Of a stretch of DNA of 47,478 bases, positions 25,890 through 35,575 are shown one piece after another. Each line of letters opens with the position of its first letter. Within the stretch, counting starts at the first letter, position 1. The stretch comes from Bugula neritina (Eukaryota > Animalia > Bryozoa): NCBI GenBank assembly GCA_964035545.1, contig CAXIUT010000004.1, forward strand, positions 1-47,478, in the 5' to 3' direction. The notes beneath the pieces were generated by a model. That model saw nothing but the letters and a program-made list of their open reading frames with translations. It searched no databases and was not told the DNA's origin. The position numbers and the translations under genes are program-made.

Positions 25890-26351
25890 TTATTCCAGTG
25901 TTGCGGAAATATCTTTTACCTCAAGCTCCACTTCAATATCACCTGCCTGCTTAAAGCTTAGGGTAATCTTGTGTTTGTCTCCTTCCTTCATCGGTTCGGA
26001 CGGTTTGATAAGCATCAGATGATAACCACCAGGTTCCAATTCCACGGTCTCATTGGGAGCAATTTGCAGGCCGTTTTCCAGACGGCGCATTTTCATAATG
26101 CCATCGATCATGGCCATTTCATGTATCTCCACCGCTTCGACAAAACCAGCACTACCACCCAGAAACGTATCGACCTCTGTTCCGTTATTAGTCACTGTCA
26201 TGAAACCACCCGCAACCGCAACCATGGGCGGCGTGGTGCGGGTATAAGGGTCATTAATCTGTAGATCACCAAGGCGGTACTCATCGGCATAAATGGATTG
26301 CATTGATAACATGGCCAGCAGACAAGCTGACAGTATTAACGATAATTTCAT
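25890..26351 (-). CDS. PCuAC copper chaperone
   Basis: EIHEM..MKM..L.PGGYHLML. Confidence 0.92.
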   Translation of the reverse strand: MKLSLILSACLLAMLSMQSIYADEYRLGDLQINDPYTRTTPPMVAVAGGFMTVTNNGTEVDTFLGGSAGFVEAVEIHEMAMIDGIMKMRRLENGLQIAPNETVELEPGGYHLMLIKPSEPMKEGDKHKITLSFKQAGDIEVELEVKDISATLE

Positions 26352-26399
26352 TGCAGGTGTTCCTAAAAATTAAATACTGTATAAAAACACATTTGAGTT

Positions 26400-27035
26400 T
26401 TACACCGCAGCAGCGGCATTATTTAAGTCCTGGCGGGCATAACGCCAGATTTGCCAGGCTCCGCTCAAAGCCAAGGTAGCCATAATGGCTGCAACAATAA
26501 GATCAGGCAGGTTGGAGGCTGTGCCGAAAACCCCAACAGCAGCCAACACAACAGCCACATTACCAAGCGCATCATTGCGTGAGCAAATCCAGACACTGCG
26601 CATATTGCTGTCGCCTTCGCGATAAGTGTAAAGCATAGCGGCTACTAAAACATTGGCAGCCAGTGCTAATAGGGCAATACTGCCCATCATCATGGCATCG
26701 GGCAGGTTACCTACCCATAAACCCCACAGAGTACGGCCCAGTATCCATACACCAAATATCCCCATAGTGGCAGCCTTCAACAATGAGGCTTTGGCACGGG
26801 CTGCCAGCCCCATGCCCAACACCCACAGGCTAATGCCATAGTTGGCAGCATCGCCCAAAAAATCCAGCGAATCCGCAAGTAAGGATACTGAGCTAGCCCA
26901 TATACCAAATAGCATTTCCACGCCAAACATAACGGCATTGATGAACAAAGCCAGCCATAAAATGATGCGATAACGCCCGTTGGGTGCTTGTGTCCCGGTG
27001 CTGCAGCCATCACTACAACCGTGTTGAAGGCTCAT
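26400..27035 (-). CDS. CDF-type cation transporter (short CzcD-like)
   Basis: SLLADSLDFLGD, SVWICSRND. Confidence 0.88.
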   Translation of the reverse strand: MSLQHGCSDGCSTGTQAPNGRYRIILWLALFINAVMFGVEMLFGIWASSVSLLADSLDFLGDAANYGISLWVLGMGLAARAKASLLKAATMGIFGVWILGRTLWGLWVGNLPDAMMMGSIALLALAANVLVAAMLYTYREGDSNMRSVWICSRNDALGNVAVVLAAVGVFGTASNLPDLIVAAIMATLALSGAWQIWRYARQDLNNAAAAV

Positions 27036-27064
27036 AATATTTTCTCAGTCATTACAATGCGATC

Positions 27065-27096
27065 ATGTTAAACCTTACACCCTACTCAAGGGTCAA
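27065..27096 (-). promoter_or_regulatory. MerR-type promoter (20-bp spacer)
   Basis: Minus strand TTGACC-20-TAACAT with dyad ACCCTT...AAGGTT. Confidence 0.75.
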
Positions 27097-27167
27097 GTCA
27101 CATTAACAAAGGGTCATGTACGGTAAAATGGTCGGATGCCCACGAAATTGCCTTGGTTCACAGGTGA

Positions 27168-28724
27168 TCATGGTTGATTTGGTCGACGTTCAAACCAGTA
27201 CACACTGAGTAGGATGAACGAGAGCAGTGAGATAAGAAACCAGTTGCCCCAGATAATGTAAGGCGTGCTTCCTGTCATCGGTTGTGCATCCCCCGTAATG
27301 ACTACCTCCTGATACTGTTCCGCTGTATGCAGTTTCTCTCCGCGATCATTAATGATGGCGCTAATGCCATTGTTTGTGGCCCGTAGTAGGTAACGTCCCG
27401 TTTCCAGCGCACGCAAACGGGCGATTTCAGCATGCTGATGGGGTTGAATTGAGCCGGTAAACCAACCGTTATTGCTAAGGTTCACCAGCATGGTTGCTTC
27501 TGGTAATCCCATAATGATTTCTTCACCAAACGCATCTTCATAACAGATGGAAATACGCATTGGCTGTCCGGCGACGGTTAAATTGGTTTTTCCGCGCCAC
27601 TTTGCCACGTTGTCATAAGGCAGCACCACAAAGCGTTCTAACCAACGCAGGTATTCCAAAAAGGGAATGTATTCACTAAACGGCACCAGATGACGTTTGC
27701 CATAAATATCCAGCTCCCGCCCCACAGACATCACAGCGTTATAGGTCTTACCAGTTTCTGCTTCAGTATGAAAACCACCGACCAATAGCGCATTACCCAG
27801 ATCCGTCGTTGCCTCCTGTAATGGCAGGATGACATCATGCATCGACTGCTGAAAGGTATCGGGGATAGCGGTTTCCGGCCAAATCACCAGATCGGCTTCA
27901 GCCATTTGCGCCGTCGTTAATTCCCAGTGTTTGCGGATATGATCCGAGCGCAGCGCCGGAACCCATTTATCCTGCTGGGCAATATTGCCCTGAATCAGAC
28001 TAACAGATAGCGGCTCCCCAGTAGGCTGAGTCCACTGAATCACGCCAAGCCCCAACCCCGTTGCTGTTGTCACTACCAGCACCCCGATGGCAGCCATACG
28101 CTCCCGGTTTCCTCCTGTGGCCAACAACACCAGCGCTCCGGCACCTAACGCAACAACCCAACTAATGCCCAGCGAGCCAATAACAGGGGCATAGCCCGCC
28201 AGCCAGGTATCCGCCTGACTATGGCCTAATTGCAACCAGGGGAAGCCCGTCAGAAACCAGCTACGAAACCACTCGGTTAACCCCCAGGCAGCCGGAAAAA
28301 TCAATAGAAGCTTCGACCAGCGCGTCTGATCAGGGAAGCAACTGACCAACCAGCCAAATAGCATCAGCGTCAACGCAACCAGCACCACAAAAACCATTAC
28401 CATGACGCCGGCAATAAAGCTGTTTGCCCCGCCAAAAAAGTGAATGCTGACATAGATCCAGTGCACGCCACCGGCAAACACCCCAATACCATAAGCCCAT
28501 GCCAGGCGCATACGCTGTGTACGCCGCATAGGCTTTAGGTTCAGCCAGAAAAATAAGGCCGGAGAGAGCCAGGCAAACCAGCGCCATTCAAACGGGGCAA
28601 ATGCGAACACCAGCAGCAAACCTGCCAATACAGCATATAAATCGTTCCGGTAAGTGAAGCCTGTGCGGCTGGGTTTAGCCGCCAAACTGGCGTCCGATAT
28701 TGCGATCAAGCGCAGCCGTGTCAC
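27168..28724 (-). CDS. lnt: Apolipoprotein N-acyltransferase
   Basis: TGFPW, QGNI, WPETA (E), KRHLVPF (K), ICYED (C) nitrilase triad. Confidence 0.95.
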   Translation of the reverse strand: MTRLRLIAISDASLAAKPSRTGFTYRNDLYAVLAGLLLVFAFAPFEWRWFAWLSPALFFWLNLKPMRRTQRMRLAWAYGIGVFAGGVHWIYVSIHFFGGANSFIAGVMVMVFVVLVALTLMLFGWLVSCFPDQTRWSKLLLIFPAAWGLTEWFRSWFLTGFPWLQLGHSQADTWLAGYAPVIGSLGISWVVALGAGALVLLATGGNRERMAAIGVLVVTTATGLGLGVIQWTQPTGEPLSVSLIQGNIAQQDKWVPALRSDHIRKHWELTTAQMAEADLVIWPETAIPDTFQQSMHDVILPLQEATTDLGNALLVGGFHTEAETGKTYNAVMSVGRELDIYGKRHLVPFSEYIPFLEYLRWLERFVVLPYDNVAKWRGKTNLTVAGQPMRISICYEDAFGEEIIMGLPEATMLVNLSNNGWFTGSIQPHQHAEIARLRALETGRYLLRATNNGISAIINDRGEKLHTAEQYQEVVITGDAQPMTGSTPYIIWGNWFLISLLSFILLSVYWFERRPNQP

Positions 28725-30201
28725 GCAGCTTGATCAAGCGATTGTGCATCATGCCAGATAAACGCTTAAACGCTTTCATTTCTTTGGCACTTAAAATGCC
28801 TCGTGTTGGCAGTTTCACGCGCTGTGGATTTTGGGGTTTGCCATTCACAATAAATTCGTAGTGAACATGGTTACCGGTTGAACGACCCGTTGACCCCACA
28901 TAGCCAATCACATCACCCCGCTTTACGCGCGCTCCAATTTTCAGGCCTTTTTTATGTTTTGACATGTGACCATAGCGGGTTTTAATACCGCCATCGTGAT
29001 TGATTTCCACGGCTTTACCATAAGCACCTTTGCGACCGGCAAAACGTAATTTTCCATCAGCGGTAGCATAAATAGGCGTGCCGCGTGGCGCGGCAAGATC
29101 TACCCCGGAATGCCTGCGGCGCTTGTTCAGCACAGGATGTTTACGCATCCCAAAACCGGAAGAGAGACGCCCGCCTTTTAACGGGTAACGGTTAAAAGCC
29201 ACTTCCTTTAGTGCCAGGTCATCGTCTGGCTTCAGATAGTGTGATTTATTACTGTCAGCCACCAAGCGCACGCGCTGATGAGTTTTACCCCGATGGATAA
29301 ATTCTGCCGCCAATACGTTACCGGTATAGATGGGTTCACTCTGGTAGTAATAACCCTCGAAAATAACACCGACCTGATCACCCACCTTGATACGACGAAA
29401 ATTTACATCCTGCTTGAATATTTTAACCAGCTGTCGGGTGATGGATGTGGGCAGGCCAGCCTTAGCAGCGTCATAATGCAAAGGATTGCGGATGGTAAAT
29501 GCCAGCTGCTGATCTTGTTCTTCAAAGGATTCACTGTCCCACTTTGCGGTGTACTTGTTACCCTGACGAAAAACGATAAAAGCTTTGTGTTTACCTGTGG
29601 CGTAGATCAACTGTTCTATGCGCCGGTTGCTTACTTGTACCAACAACTTTCTATTAGACTTCAGTTGGGACAATGCTTTTCTGGCAGTGGGATCATTCAA
29701 TAATTCATGGGTGCTGGTGAGTAGATTGAAAGGCTTCAGAATACCCGCCAGCGTCTCTCCGCTGGCAATAGTGCGCAAGTGCCATTTTCCTGTGTCAGCG
29801 GAAGGTACCGCTTCTGCTTCATGGCCAACATAGGTTTCTACCGCTGCCGGGAGGTTCAGTATTGCCAAGTCTTTTTCGGCAATACGATCGTCAAGATCAG
29901 AGGGCTTGATCACCAAATGCTCTGTGTCTTGAGGGGAAGTGATTTTTGAATAAAGCGGAATATTGCCAATCAGTGCGAACATTCCCACCACAACCAGTAA
30001 ACGAATCAGTAAATAACGTACCGGCCTTCTTTTACGCACCTGCGGTGGTCGCTGCTTGACCACACCCTCGCTGGTGATGACAGTGGCCTGATCCGCAGGA
30101 AAATTATAGCGATCCATGACCTGACTCCATTTGTTCTTATTATTTTTATGCGCAAATCTTTGTTCAGAATTTAACAATGCCAATATCTGCTCTGTAGCCA
30201 T
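28675..30201 (-). CDS. M23 peptidoglycan DD-endopeptidase (MepM-like)
   Basis: HSGVD, YGH, GSTGRSTGNHVHYE; N-terminal TM. Confidence 0.92.
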   Translation of the reverse strand: MATEQILALLNSEQRFAHKNNKNKWSQVMDRYNFPADQATVITSEGVVKQRPPQVRKRRPVRYLLIRLLVVVGMFALIGNIPLYSKITSPQDTEHLVIKPSDLDDRIAEKDLAILNLPAAVETYVGHEAEAVPSADTGKWHLRTIASGETLAGILKPFNLLTSTHELLNDPTARKALSQLKSNRKLLVQVSNRRIEQLIYATGKHKAFIVFRQGNKYTAKWDSESFEEQDQQLAFTIRNPLHYDAAKAGLPTSITRQLVKIFKQDVNFRRIKVGDQVGVIFEGYYYQSEPIYTGNVLAAEFIHRGKTHQRVRLVADSNKSHYLKPDDDLALKEVAFNRYPLKGGRLSSGFGMRKHPVLNKRRRHSGVDLAAPRGTPIYATADGKLRFAGRKGAYGKAVEINHDGGIKTRYGHMSKHKKGLKIGARVKRGDVIGYVGSTGRSTGNHVHYEFIVNGKPQNPQRVKLPTRGILSAKEMKAFKRLSGMMHNRLIKLRDTAALDRNIGRQFGG

Positions 30202-30378
30202 TTCACCATTACACTACTCTCGTCTCGCGAACCCCAAAAAATCTGAAACAGGAAAATACCTAAACCAGGCCAGATAAGCAATTTTCGCAAGAAAATCGTA
30301 ATGTTCACCGGCTAGCGAAGCAGTCATAATACAATTTTGTAAACTCTCTGATTACTACTGAATTAACGAACACAACTG

Positions 30379-30876
30379 ATGAAACTTGATATCAAGGGAA
30401 TTTTATTACTGGCAGCCATTGCTGGCGCACTCGCATTTTTCTGGCTGGCACCCAGTGACGGCCTCCAAGCCGCGCCTACGGCTAAAATGACAACCATTGA
30501 CGGGGAACCAATCGATCTTACCAAATTACGTGGCAAGCCCTATATGGTCGTGTTCTGGGCAACTGACTGCCCTGGCTGTGTGAAAGAAATCCCCCACCTG
30601 CGTTCGCTTTATAACGATTTGGGTAAGCAGGGGTTCCGGATTATCGCGGTCGCCATGCCACATGATGAGATTCCATTGATCAAAACCATGCGCGAAGAGA
30701 AAGCGATGAACTATGACATCGTGTTTGATGAAGACGGTACGCTGGCTAAGGCCTTTGGTGGTGTCAAGGTCACTCCCACCAGCTTTTTGATTTCACCGGA
30801 AGGTAAAATTGCGCTACAAAAAATGGGGGAGTTAGATATGGGTCAAGTGACTCAAATGCTCAGGGATATGCTTTAA
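30379..30876 (+). CDS. TlpA-family thiol:disulfide oxidoreductase
   Basis: FWATDCPGC, VTPTSF. Confidence 0.92.
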   Translation: MKLDIKGILLLAAIAGALAFFWLAPSDGLQAAPTAKMTTIDGEPIDLTKLRGKPYMVVFWATDCPGCVKEIPHLRSLYNDLGKQGFRIIAVAMPHDEIPLIKTMREEKAMNYDIVFDEDGTLAKAFGGVKVTPTSFLISPEGKIALQKMGELDMGQVTQMLRDML

Positions 30877-30951
30877 AACCAAAGATATAAAAATCCATCC
30901 GCCTATCACTTTGCAAGGTTAAGTTGAAGGCTGGGGTCAGATTGTTAGTTT

Positions 30952-32127
30952 ATGGCGAAAAACTTTTCGTATTTTACTTCGACTAGTAATGGAGACAGGG
31001 AAGTGAACTGTACCAATGTGGGCATCAGCTTATTGCTGGGAATATTGATGATAGGAGGGGGGCTATCAGGTTGTTCAGCACCTTCTGTCAAGACAACATC
31101 AGACAATTCAACGCTGAAAACAAAGCCGGTAGTCGAACACCAGCTTATTATTATTAACCAGCAAGCCGCCCGAAAAGAAACGGCTACGGCAAAAAGAGTC
31201 ACTGGGAAAAAAGATAAACATCATATTGAATACGAAAAAAGACGCCTGCGATATAACCAACAATGGCTTACTCAGCAGGAGGCTAGGCAGCAACAACTGA
31301 AACAGAAATACCATGATCGCTATCAGGCACAGCAACAGCAGGCAACCAGACAACAACAACAAGCCGCACAACAGGCGGAGCAACAGCTGAAACAAAAATA
31401 TCATGCGCGTTATCAGGCCCAACAACAGCAGGCAACCAGACAACAACAACAAGCCGCACAACAGGCGGAGCAACAGCTGAAACAAAAATATCATGCGCGT
31501 TATCAGGCCCAACAAAGGGCAAGGGCTGTCTATGCTAAACGGCAACCTTCGCAGCACAACAGAACCGTTAATTTAGCGGAGCATTTATCGAATGCGGCTA
31601 TTAACCGAACCCGGCACAGAATACGTTACGATGGGCGCTACATTCCAATCTCATATCCAATGGGAGATGTTCCGGCAAACATGGGCGTTTGTACTGATGT
31701 GATCATTCGCTCCTATCGCAGCTTAGGAATCGATTTGCAGCGGCTGGTTCATGAAGACATATCGAGAGCCTTCTATGCTTATCCAAACCTGTCAAAGTGG
31801 GGATTGAGTGCGCCCGATCCTAATATTGATCATCGCAGAGTGCATAATCTACGAGCCTTTTTTAATCGACATGCTCAGCGTTTACCCATGACACGAAACC
31901 CCAGGGATTACCGGCCTGGTGACATCGTTACATGGAGCCTCGGTGGTGATCAGGGGCACATCGGCATTGTCGTCAACCGCCGCTCTCCAATTGATCCTAA
32001 TCGTTATTTGATCGTTCACAACATTTCCAGTGGAACCAAAATGGAAGATGTACTTTTTAATTGGCCCATTACAGGCCATTATAGGTATTTTCCTAATCGT
32101 CAGCCCTGGTTAGCTGCAGCCAGGTGA
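30952..32127 (+). CDS. DUF1287 (YijF-like) lipoprotein with Gln-rich linker
   Basis: Lipobox LSGC; YPMGDVP..GVCTDV, IDHRRV.NL, HIGIV, HNI; true start probably near 31003-31018. Confidence 0.88.
   Translation: MAKNFSYFTSTSNGDREVNCTNVGISLLLGILMIGGGLSGCSAPSVKTTSDNSTLKTKPVVEHQLIIINQQAARKETATAKRVTGKKDKHHIEYEKRRLRYNQQWLTQQEARQQQLKQKYHDRYQAQQQQATRQQQQAAQQAEQQLKQKYHARYQAQQQQATRQQQQAAQQAEQQLKQKYHARYQAQQRARAVYAKRQPSQHNRTVNLAEHLSNAAINRTRHRIRYDGRYIPISYPMGDVPANMGVCTDVIIRSYRSLGIDLQRLVHEDISRAFYAYPNLSKWGLSAPDPNIDHRRVHNLRAFFNRHAQRLPMTRNPRDYRPGDIVTWSLGGDQGHIGIVVNRRSPIDPNRYLIVHNISSGTKMEDVLFNWPITGHYRYFPNRQPWLAAAR
31291..31515 (+). repeat. 90-bp (30-aa) tandem repeat x2.5 within the DUF1287 gene
   Basis: QQLKQKYHxRYQAQQQQATRQQQQAAQQAE units at 31291, 31381, 31471. 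Confidence 0.92.
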
Positions 32128-32272
32128 TTTGACCTCAATTACACTGGTGAGCAGTAACACACATGAAGGCACTAAGAATGGAATCCTGCTATTTTTAGTG
32201 CTGTCGTTTTTGGTGCTGATACGCTGGCCACACTAAATTAAATTTTGTAGCAACTCTTGATTAGGAGAGGTT

Positions 32273-32452
32273 ATGAGTACAGACAATGCAACCGAACATC
32301 TGGTACGTATTGCCGAACTAGAAACAGAAAACCGCTTATTGAAAGAGCAAATCCAGGCACTCAAAGAACAGCAGCAACTCGATAGAGATCAGATCAAAAA
32401 CTTGACCAGTAACCAGTCAAACAAAAAGGCACTCGATAAGAAATGGTGGTAA
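32273..32452 (+). CDS. 59-aa coiled-coil protein ending KKWW (below ORF-track cutoff)
   Basis: RBS AGGAGAGG; MSTDNATEHLVRIAELETENRLLKEQIQALKEQQQ...KKWW. Confidence 0.6.
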   Translation: MSTDNATEHLVRIAELETENRLLKEQIQALKEQQQLDRDQIKNLTSNQSNKKALDKKWW

Positions 32453-32462
32453 CAAATTAGCC

Positions 32463-32494
32463 TTGACCCTGAAGTAAACATTAGGGTTTAAGCT
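32463..32494 (+). promoter_or_regulatory. MerR-type promoter (20-bp spacer)
   Basis: TTGACC-20-TAAGCT with dyad ACCCT...AGGGT. Confidence 0.8.
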
Positions 32495-32500
32495 ATCACA

Positions 32501-33091
32501 ATGACCTTATTTTTATTTTTGCTGTTTATTTGCTTGTGTGTGTTAGGGCGAGTTTTCCTACAATACAGACTGACCGGTAATCACGGTATACGCCCGGCAG
32601 GAAAACACTCCCCTCCGCTTCAAATAGCCGCCAGTTTACTGCTGGTACTATCTGCTTTACTTACTCTTTTCTATACGCTTGGGCAGACACTTGGCTACTT
32701 GCAAGCCAGTTTTGAACCGGGCAATTTCCAGCTACTTGCAGGATATTTGCTCTACATAGTGGGCCTTGTATTGGTTTTGGTTGCGCAATATCAGATGGGC
32801 AGCGCTTGGCGCATTGGTGTTGACCCAACAGAACCAACGGACTTAATCACGCGGGGTTTGTTTCAGTACATTAGGAATCCAATTTATACCGGCCTATTTA
32901 TCGGTGGCATTGGCTTACTATTGATTAGCCCTTCAGTCATTTTGCTCATTGGCCTGTTATTGGGCTATGTTGCAGTGGAGCTGTTTGTTCGGAAAGTGGA
33001 AGAGCCTTACTTACGACAACAGTTTGGGACAGACTATCAAAGCTGGTGCAGAACAACGCCTCGTTATTTTCCTCATTTCTTTTTGCGGTAA
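32501..33091 (+). CDS. Isoprenylcysteine-carboxyl-methyltransferase (Ste14/PEMT) family membrane protein
   Basis: QMGSAWRIG, LIT.GLF..IRNPIY, EEPYL...FG..Y...PRY. Confidence 0.9.
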   Translation: MTLFLFLLFICLCVLGRVFLQYRLTGNHGIRPAGKHSPPLQIAASLLLVLSALLTLFYTLGQTLGYLQASFEPGNFQLLAGYLLYIVGLVLVLVAQYQMGSAWRIGVDPTEPTDLITRGLFQYIRNPIYTGLFIGGIGLLLISPSVILLIGLLLGYVAVELFVRKVEEPYLRQQFGTDYQSWCRTTPRYFPHFFLR

Positions 33092-33171
33092 AAATTTGCA
33101 ATGATCATGCTGAATAACCTAAAAAAGCACACACAGATTGATTACCATTCCTTAATTATTACGTTCCACGC

Positions 33172-33202
33172 TTGACCTGACAGGTGTGTCAGGATGTATG
33201 AT
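33172..33202 (+). promoter_or_regulatory. MerR/CueR-type promoter of the cop cluster (19-bp spacer)
   Basis: TTGACC-19-TATGAT with dyad CCTGACA-GGTG-TGTCAGG. Confidence 0.8.
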
Positions 33203-33251
33203 CTATGTTGATCAAAAAACAACAAAGCATTTGGGATACAACCCTTCACTC

Positions 33252-33641
33252 ATGAAACGCCTGTTCTTCATTAATCTGCTGATTTTGATATTCACTACCA
33301 ATGTGATGGCGAGTGTGGTGTCAACAGCCTGTTCGTATGGCACATCACCTACGACAGTCGAAGCAGAGAATATGGGGCAACACACCAAACATCAGAATCA
33401 TTCTGCTGCAATGATGGACAGCCAGATGCAAATGATGTCGGACTGTTGCTCCGGCATAGACGGCGGTTCTGTTACGGATCATGAATGTGGTGATTGCCAG
33501 TTTCACTGTAGTGGCAGTGTATTACTACCTGAGGCTTCAAATATTCAAACAGTTGAATCCATTCCCACACACTCGTTTTTAATGCCCTCTCTCCTTTCTA
33601 TGGCTAAACCGCGCCTGTTAAGACCCCCCCGACTGAGTTAA
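33252..33641 (+). CDS. CopL-like Cys/His-rich leader protein
   Basis: Signal-like N terminus, DCC..CGDCQFHC, C-terminal LLRPP; directly upstream of copA. Confidence 0.75.
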   Translation: MKRLFFINLLILIFTTNVMASVVSTACSYGTSPTTVEAENMGQHTKHQNHSAAMMDSQMQMMSDCCSGIDGGSVTDHECGDCQFHCSGSVLLPEASNIQTVESIPTHSFLMPSLLSMAKPRLLRPPRLS

Positions 33642-33799
33642 TTCCTGACAACCTGCGTGTACCCCACGTTCCGGTTGCATATCTCCATTTTAAAGAAAAT
33701 TAAGTAACGCCTATCCAGGGTTTATCCGCTTGTTTGTCTGCAAACAATTCGGCGCTGGATTTGCGTTATTGCAAAAAAACAAAATTCAGGAATTATTTG

Positions 33800-35563
33800 A
33801 TGAAATCTGCTTTAAATCAGGACGGGTTGTTAGTGTCCCGTCGCCAATTTGTTACCGGCTTGTCTGCGAGCGCGATGATGGGCGGTTTAGGTTTGCTGGC
33901 TCCCGGACTCCTTAATGCAGCGTCACATGGCGATATGCCGGTACTCGATGGCCCGGTATTTGACCTCACCATCGCGGAAATGATGGTTAATTTTACCGGT
34001 CAGCCACGTATTGCTACCGCTATCAATGGCTCGATACCTGCACCATTGCTGCGTATGCGCGAGGGTGACGATATAACCCTACGTGTCACTAACCGTATGA
34101 AAGTCACTTCTTCTATTCATTGGCATGGCTTGATCCTGCCACCGGAAATGGATGGGGTACCTGGACTGAGTTTCGCCGGAATCCGCCCCGGCGAAACTTA
34201 TGTCTATCGTTTTAAAGCGGTACAGAGCGGGACTTACTGGTATCACAGCCATTCGGGGTATCAGGAACAAACCGGTATGTACGGTTCTATTGTAATCGAA
34301 CCACGCGAACAAGACCCGGTACGTTACGACCGTGACCATGTAATAGTGCTGTCGGACTGGTCGGACGAACAGCCGGAGTCCATCTACGCCAAGCTCAAAA
34401 AAATGAGCCACTACTACAACACCCGAGAACGTACGTTGGGAGATTTTGGTCGTGAGGTAGCCGCCAATGGGGTCGGTCAGGCTGTTTCAGACCGGCAAAT
34501 GTGGAACCAGATGCGTATGAGCGATCGTGACATCTCCGATGTGACAGGTTGGACATACACTTTCCTAACGAATGGCAAAACACCGGCAGAAGGCTGGGAA
34601 GGTTTATTCAAGCCGGGTGAGCGGGTAAGACTGCGTTTTATCAATGCGGCGGCGATGACCTTCTTCGACATCCGCATTCCGGGCTTAAAAATGGAAGTGG
34701 TCGCCACGGATGGACAGGATATTCGTCCGGTTAAAGGTATCGATGAATTCCGCATCGGTGTGGCAGAAACCTATGATGTGGTGGTGCAACCTGCTGCCGG
34801 TGCTTATAGCATCTTCGCACAGGCCATCGACCGTTCAGGTTATGCACGTGGCACGTTGACGAGCCAGCAGGGAAAGAAAGCGGCTATTCCGGCAATGGAT
34901 GCGATGCCTACGCTAACGCATGGTGACATGGGCATGGGCGGCACCATGGGCGGGATGGATCATAGCCAAATGGGGGGTGATATGGCCGGGATGGATCATA
35001 GCCAAATGGGCCATGACATGGCAGGCATGGATCACGGCATGACGACCCCCAGTGGACAGGTTGCCATTCAGCCAGGGCCACATATTGACATGTTTGCGCC
35101 AGATCCACAGATCAGACTCAATGATCCGGGGGTTGGCTTAAGAAATAACGGGCGGCGGGTGCTGACCTATGCCGATATTCGCAATCTTAGACCGACGATT
35201 GATAAACGCCCGCCAGGACGTGAAATCGAGCTACACCTGACCGGCAATATGAGCCGCTACATGTGGTCAATTAATGGCGTTAAATTTGCCGACGCCAAAC
35301 CTATTCTCCTCAAATACGGTGAGCGCGTTCGCTTCACCCTAATCAATGACACCATGATGAATCACCCCGTGCATCTACACGGCATGTGGAGTGAACTGGA
35401 AAGTGGTGACGATCAGTATTTGGCCCGAAAGCACACTATTGTGGCCCAACCCGGCGCAAAAATTACTTACCTGGTGACGGCTGATGCCAAAGGCCAGTGG
35501 GCTTACCACTGTCACCTGATCTATCACATGGAAGGCATGTTCCGCCGTGTCGTTGTCGCGTAA
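33800..35563 (+). CDS. copA: Copper-resistance multicopper oxidase CopA/PcoA
   Basis: Tat motif SRRQFV; HWH, WYHSH, HPVHLHG, HCHLIYHM; Met-rich insert. Confidence 0.96.
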   Translation: MKSALNQDGLLVSRRQFVTGLSASAMMGGLGLLAPGLLNAASHGDMPVLDGPVFDLTIAEMMVNFTGQPRIATAINGSIPAPLLRMREGDDITLRVTNRMKVTSSIHWHGLILPPEMDGVPGLSFAGIRPGETYVYRFKAVQSGTYWYHSHSGYQEQTGMYGSIVIEPREQDPVRYDRDHVIVLSDWSDEQPESIYAKLKKMSHYYNTRERTLGDFGREVAANGVGQAVSDRQMWNQMRMSDRDISDVTGWTYTFLTNGKTPAEGWEGLFKPGERVRLRFINAAAMTFFDIRIPGLKMEVVATDGQDIRPVKGIDEFRIGVAETYDVVVQPAAGAYSIFAQAIDRSGYARGTLTSQQGKKAAIPAMDAMPTLTHGDMGMGGTMGGMDHSQMGGDMAGMDHSQMGHDMAGMDHGMTTPSGQVAIQPGPHIDMFAPDPQIRLNDPGVGLRNNGRRVLTYADIRNLRPTIDKRPPGREIELHLTGNMSRYMWSINGVKFADAKPILLKYGERVRFTLINDTMMNHPVHLHGMWSELESGDDQYLARKHTIVAQPGAKITYLVTADAKGQWAYHCHLIYHMEGMFRRVVVA

Positions 35564-35575
35564 GGGAGAATCACA

